Source: Rhizaria sp. SCN 62-66 (lineage: Eukaryota). From it: DNA of 64,000 nt. Shown one piece after another: positions 59,244-64,000 of the stretch. Made by a program: the position numbers and the translations under genes. The notes below the pieces were generated by a model that was not told the origin of the DNA, searched no databases, and worked only from the letters and a program-made list of their open reading frames with translations. The first letter of the stretch is position 1. The number at the start of each line of letters is the position of its first letter. The DNA lies in contig MEDY01000660.1 of NCBI GenBank assembly GCA_001724265.1, positions 124,001-188,000 on the forward strand, given 5' to 3'.

Positions 59244-62200
59244 ATGTCCGCCCCTACTGCCCCCGCTGCGACTGCCGCGGCTAAGCCCGCCGCTGTCCCG
59301 GCTGCGGGCGCGAGTGTGGTGCCGCTGCTCAAGAAGTACCTGGGCCGCGTGGTGCCCGCCGTGCTCGACTGCGACGGCGACGCCGTGGCGGCCGCGCTGG
59401 CCAACCCCGAGAACGACGAGGCTCTCACGGCGTTTGCCACCGACTCGCTCGCCTTCTCGCTGCTGGTGCACAAGCACTCGGTCGTGCCCCCCGCCACCGG
59501 GGACGACGTTTTCACCTTCGAGCTCCAGGCCAAGCGCCAGGTACGAGAGATATATACGACCTTGAATCAAAATATATTGGTATATTTAGCTATAAGATCT
59601 TCTATATTTTCGTATTTTTATAGTTTCATTCTCACTCTCATATGTATATATCTCCAAATCTTGTTAATACGCTTCTTTATTTAGACTCCCGCCGCATCCG
59701 CCTCCGGCTCCGGCTCCGCGTCCCCGTCCGCCGAGGCGGCGCCCCGCCAGGTCCAGTCCCTGGCCCTGATCAAGAATACGCCCGCGCTTGACGCCAGCGC
59801 ATCGCTTGCGGGGCAGCTGCAGACGGTGCAGATCAACGACGCGACCCCCTTCGAGACGATTCTGTCCTACGTTCGCTACTGCTTCCTGCCCTACACGCGC
59901 GCCTCGGCCTCCGCCGCCAGCACAGCCGCCTCGGACAGCTCGTCTTCCGCCGCCGCCGCCGACTCCGCCGCGGCCGCTGGCGCGTCCTCCGCGGCGGCGC
60001 CCTCGTCCGCGGCCGCGGAGTCTAAGGCGGACAAGGAGCGGCGCGAGCTCACCCGCAACGTGGCCAAGAAGCTCGTCGAGCTCGAGTCCGAGCTCACGCG
60101 CTTCTCGCACGCCGCTGAGGTGCAGACCTGCGTGCTGGAGCCCCACAAGACGCTGCTGGGCTACCTGGCCTCGCTGCCGGCGGGCGCGCGCCCCGCGGCC
60201 GACGCCGTTCCCGGGCAAGACGATCCAGCCCTGCTCAACGCGCTGCACAACGATGTCAACAGCTGGAAGCGCGCGATCCGCGCCGTCACACAGCAGGACC
60301 GCGACCCCGCGAGCGGAACGGCCGCGCAAGAGGTCCACTTCTGGCTCTCCAAGGAGCGCGCCGTCGATTCGGTCTACGACCAGCTGGCGCAGCCCGGCGT
60401 GCAGCTCGCCTTTGACGTTCTGACAGCAAACAAGCGCTTTATGGCCACGAGCAACTTCCGTGCCGACGCCGGGCTGGCCGACGCCAAGGACCGCGACCGC
60501 GTGCACGTCTTCGCCGACTACCTCCGTGACTTACCCGTCGCCCGCATCACGTCGTCGACTGCGGTGCCGGACCTCACCACCGCCATCGAAGCCTGCTTCC
60601 AGCACCTCCGTCTCATCCGCAGGTACGCCGATATATGCTTTGATTAATGATAATGTCATATAATCTGTTAAATTTGATTAAAAACTTTGTGCTTTTTTTT
60701 AAAGTCAGGTTCTAACATCTTTCTTCACTTGTATATCTATTTGTTTCATCTTCTCAGGGTTGAGTTCCCCCCCGCTCGCGCGCTCGAGGTGGCCCACGCG
60801 CTGTCGCGCGACGCCGCGGCGCGCATCCAGGCGCTGCTGCTCGACGAAAAGGTTGGCGGCCTGCCCCACGACGCCTTTGTTAAGGTCGTTGAGCCCTTTT
60901 TTGCCGTGTTCACTGCCTTCGAGGGCCACGCTGACCTCTTCGCTAAGGAGCTCCAGGTGCGTCAGCGCTAAATCACTAAAACAAAGATATTTCACTTCAA
61001 TTGTAACCTCTACGTCTAAAATTGACAAGTTATACGATTTGTAGCTGATTACAATCATTTGATAAGTACTACAAGAAAACTCACAAATCTTGTGTTTGAT
61101 TTTTTTGTTGTTGATTTGTTTAGGACATTGCGCGCAAGCGTGGTATCGCCTGGGACGAGACCTTGTCCACTCGTGCCCGCACGTACGGCACGATGACGCG
61201 TCTGCACAAGCGTCTGCAGCGCCTGCTGCAGCTGCGCCAGGACCACCACAAGCTGCTCACGGTCATCACCTCCACTCTCGCCTCCGAGCCTCTAGTCCAG
61301 GTACGTTCCGCTAAACTCTCTATGCCACCACTAACACAACATTATGCCAATCACAGCGAAGTTATTCTTGGACAATTTGGTCGAATTTTTGCATTTAAAT
61401 TCGAATGTATACTCTTTTTATGTTTCAACTCAGTTTTATCTTAATTAACTCACATATATATCATATCTTGTTTCCTAACTTTTCTAGGGCGAGATCCTGC
61501 GCAAGATGGACGACGCCGTGGTCGTGCTCCGCGACACCGAGGCGATGCTCAACGTCACCGACGTTACGGGCAACGACGCCTTTGCTGAGGCCCAGCAGGT
61601 GTACGCGACCCGCATCGACCGCGTTGAAGCCGACCTCGAGGCCAAGGTCCACGCCTTCCTTGCGCGCGCACAGGTACGATCCGATCCTTACTACACAGTC
61701 GCAAAGATATCTCAATTCTACATCAATTTTGACATCCAACATGACTGTTTGTATTCTCATGTGATTACATGAAATTTAAGTCCTAAATGGCAACACATAT
61801 TTCTAACATGGTTCTATTCATGTTTCTTTACCTTCAGGACGACTCTGCCGAGCTTTTCCGCGTCTGCGAGCGCTTCAACGCGCTTTTCTCGCGCCCTCGC
61901 ATCGGCGCCGCGATCCGCGGCTACCAGGACCACCTGTTGGCTACCGTCCGCGCGGACCTGGAGGAGCTGCAGTCGCGCTTCCGCTCCCCGAGGCCGCTGG
62001 CCGAGGCGGTCAAGCTGGCGTCACTGCGCGACATCCCGCCCGTGGCTGCGCAGGTGATCTGGCTCAAGCAGCTGGGCCGGCAGCTCGACACGCATTTGGC
62101 GCGCGTGGAGAGCATCCTGGGCCCGCGCTGGGCTCAACACCCCGAGGGCGTCAAGATCACCAAGCAGACGGAGCACCTCCGCGCGCGCGTCGACACGGCC

Positions 62201-63938
62201 GCCGTCTTCGACGACTGGGTTAAGGCCGCGCTCGCGGTCCGCGGCTCCGTGTCCGCCGAGGCTGAGAGCGTGTTCTCGCTCGCCGATCCCGCAACGGCCG
62301 CGCTGACGGGCGCCGTGGCAAACCCGTCCGCCGTGGTGACCATCGACTTCGACATGCGCCTCGTGCCCCTGGTTAAAGAGGCCCGCCTCCTGGGCAAGCT
62401 CGTCGGGCGCGTGCCGTACGACGTCGTCGAGCTGACCCGCGAGGCCAAGGCCAAGCACTCGGCCGCCATGCGCCTCCGCGACGCGCTGGCGATCTACGCG
62501 CGCACCGCCGAGGCCGCGCGCAGCAACAACAAGCTCACGCTGCTCGTCGCTCAGGCGCAGCGCTCGGTGCAGACGTTGCTGGTCGACAACGCGCGCGTGC
62601 GCTGGGACTCGGGCCGCCTCGAGGCCGTCGTGGCGGCTATTGCGCAGCGCGCGCTCGAGTTCGAGGAGCAGACGCGCGACTTGGCGGTCAAGATCGCGCA
62701 GATCGACGCCTTCCTGCTCGCGCTCAAGACGCAGAAGCCGTCGCTGGAGCTGTTCAAAAACACGCTCGCGGGCGCGCAGGCGCTCGTCGACGCCATCGAC
62801 AAGGCCCTGCCTGCGGGATATGTGAACATGGTCATGTGGGTCGACTCGCTCAACGAGGCCTTCGAGGCCGCCTTCGCCGCTCGGTACGTTCCTTTTTAGA
62901 AAGCAAAAACAAGATATCTCAATGACAGTTCGGTTTCATTGTCTTAATGTGTATTATTATATCAAATGTTACACTTATTTTGATCTTTGTGTTATTTAAT
63001 TTTTGATTCTTTTCTCTCTTTCTCACAAACATCTATCTACATTGCCCGCAATCGTTTTTTTATTCGACTCCACAGCATGCGCGGCGTGCTGCGCATCTGG
63101 GCGCGCGCGCTGCCGAAGCAGTGCGTGGACCCGTCCTCCTACGGCCCGGGCGAGGACGACTCTGACTCGGACTCCGACTCCGACGACGCCCCCGACGCCG
63201 CGAGCGCTGCGGCCACGAACGAGAGCGACAGCAGCGCGCTGACTCTGTTCGGTGAGCGCACGGCCGCGGCGCCCAAGGACGCGCTGAAGAAGGCCGACAT
63301 GGCGTTCCTGGCCCCGCTCAAGCACGCTCTCGAGGTGCGGCAGCAGTCGTTCGTGGTGGAGCCGCCGCTGTCGTACGCCGTGCTCAAGATGCGCAGCGAG
63401 CTTGACCGCTGGCTTTCGCTGTTGGCTGATCTCCCGCACCTGCAGTGCTTTGCGCACACCAGCATGCTCGACCCGCGCGCGCTCGCACAGCGGACCTTCT
63501 CCTCGGTGTTCCCTCACCTGGCGCCCGCAGACCTGGCGCTGTGCACCAGTGCAATTAACGCCATCGCGGCTAAGGCCGAGAGCTACACCCAGCAGTGGCT
63601 CGGCTTCCAGGTGCGTTTTATCGCTAAAACACGGTTCATACTTTATAATCTTGTACCCGCAAGTTGACCCTTAGATATCTTATGTTAGTTGCATTAAATT
63701 GCAACATTGTAGCATGGTTTATTTGAATTTCATTGCACTCACATTTTCCTTGCCGATTGCCTCATTTTGTTCCTTGCACACACACACGCAGGCTCTCTGG
63801 GACCTCGACGTCGCGGCTGTTACCAACGACCTCGGCAGCGACATCCCCCGCTGGGAGCGCCTGCTGATGGACCTCCGCAAGTCCGGTGGCAACATCGAGG
63901 GCCCTGCGCAGGTGCAGTTCGGCCCCGTCGTTGTCCAG
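59244..63938 (+). CDS. DYNC1H1: Cytoplasmic dynein 1 heavy chain, N-terminal tail (partial, continues past the window); exons 59244-59540, 59685-60622, 60758-60956, 61124-61300, 61488-61673, 61838-62883, 63076-63610, 63792-63938
   Basis: Motifs LNALHNDVNSW...DRDPASGTAAQEVHFWL, KRFMATSNFRADAGL, ELFRVCERFNALFSRPRIGAAIRGYQ, RDIPPVAAQVIW and WLGFQ|ALWDL. All introns are phase-consistent. Confidence 0.95.
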
Positions 63939-64000
63939 GTACGTTCTATGACGTTTAAAAGCGCATTGCTGTTATGATGCTAAACGAACATGTGATATCA

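Noticed and set aside
1-64000. A suppressor tRNA(CUA), snRNA genes or transposases in the window
   Set aside because: I recognised none by eye; tRNAscan-SE and Infernal would be needed to exclude them.

Overview
This is a gene-dense stretch of a eukaryotic, intron-containing genome with GC-rich exons and AT-rich introns of about 140-255 nt. The organism is most likely a flagellated protist (inferred from PF16/SPAG6 and cytoplasmic dynein 1). I can model 15 protein-coding genes: IVD (3' end only), a REX1-B-domain protein, an orphan, HGD, OST3/OST6, a Tho1/MOS11-like protein, an INTS4-like protein, a secreted repetitive precursor, a SNAPC1-like protein, an orphan membrane protein, a giant polycystin-1-like membrane protein, SPAG6, a mitochondrial-type DEAD-box helicase, a MaoC-like protein and the 5' part of dynein-1 heavy chain. 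There is also a 5'-truncated 5S rRNA copy. The main discovery is five in-frame TAG codons in four genes (24489, 29177 and 29180, 30873, 52016). They sit inside otherwise continuous coding sequence, usually next to Gln codons, while all 14 modelled gene ends use TAA (8) or TGA (6). This points to a non-standard nuclear code in which UAG is sense (probably Gln) but UAA remains a stop, or to systematic UAG readthrough. A second unusual feature is that all 21 modelled introns begin GTRCG, with an invariant C at +4. All family assignments come from motif recognition by eye; no searches were run.
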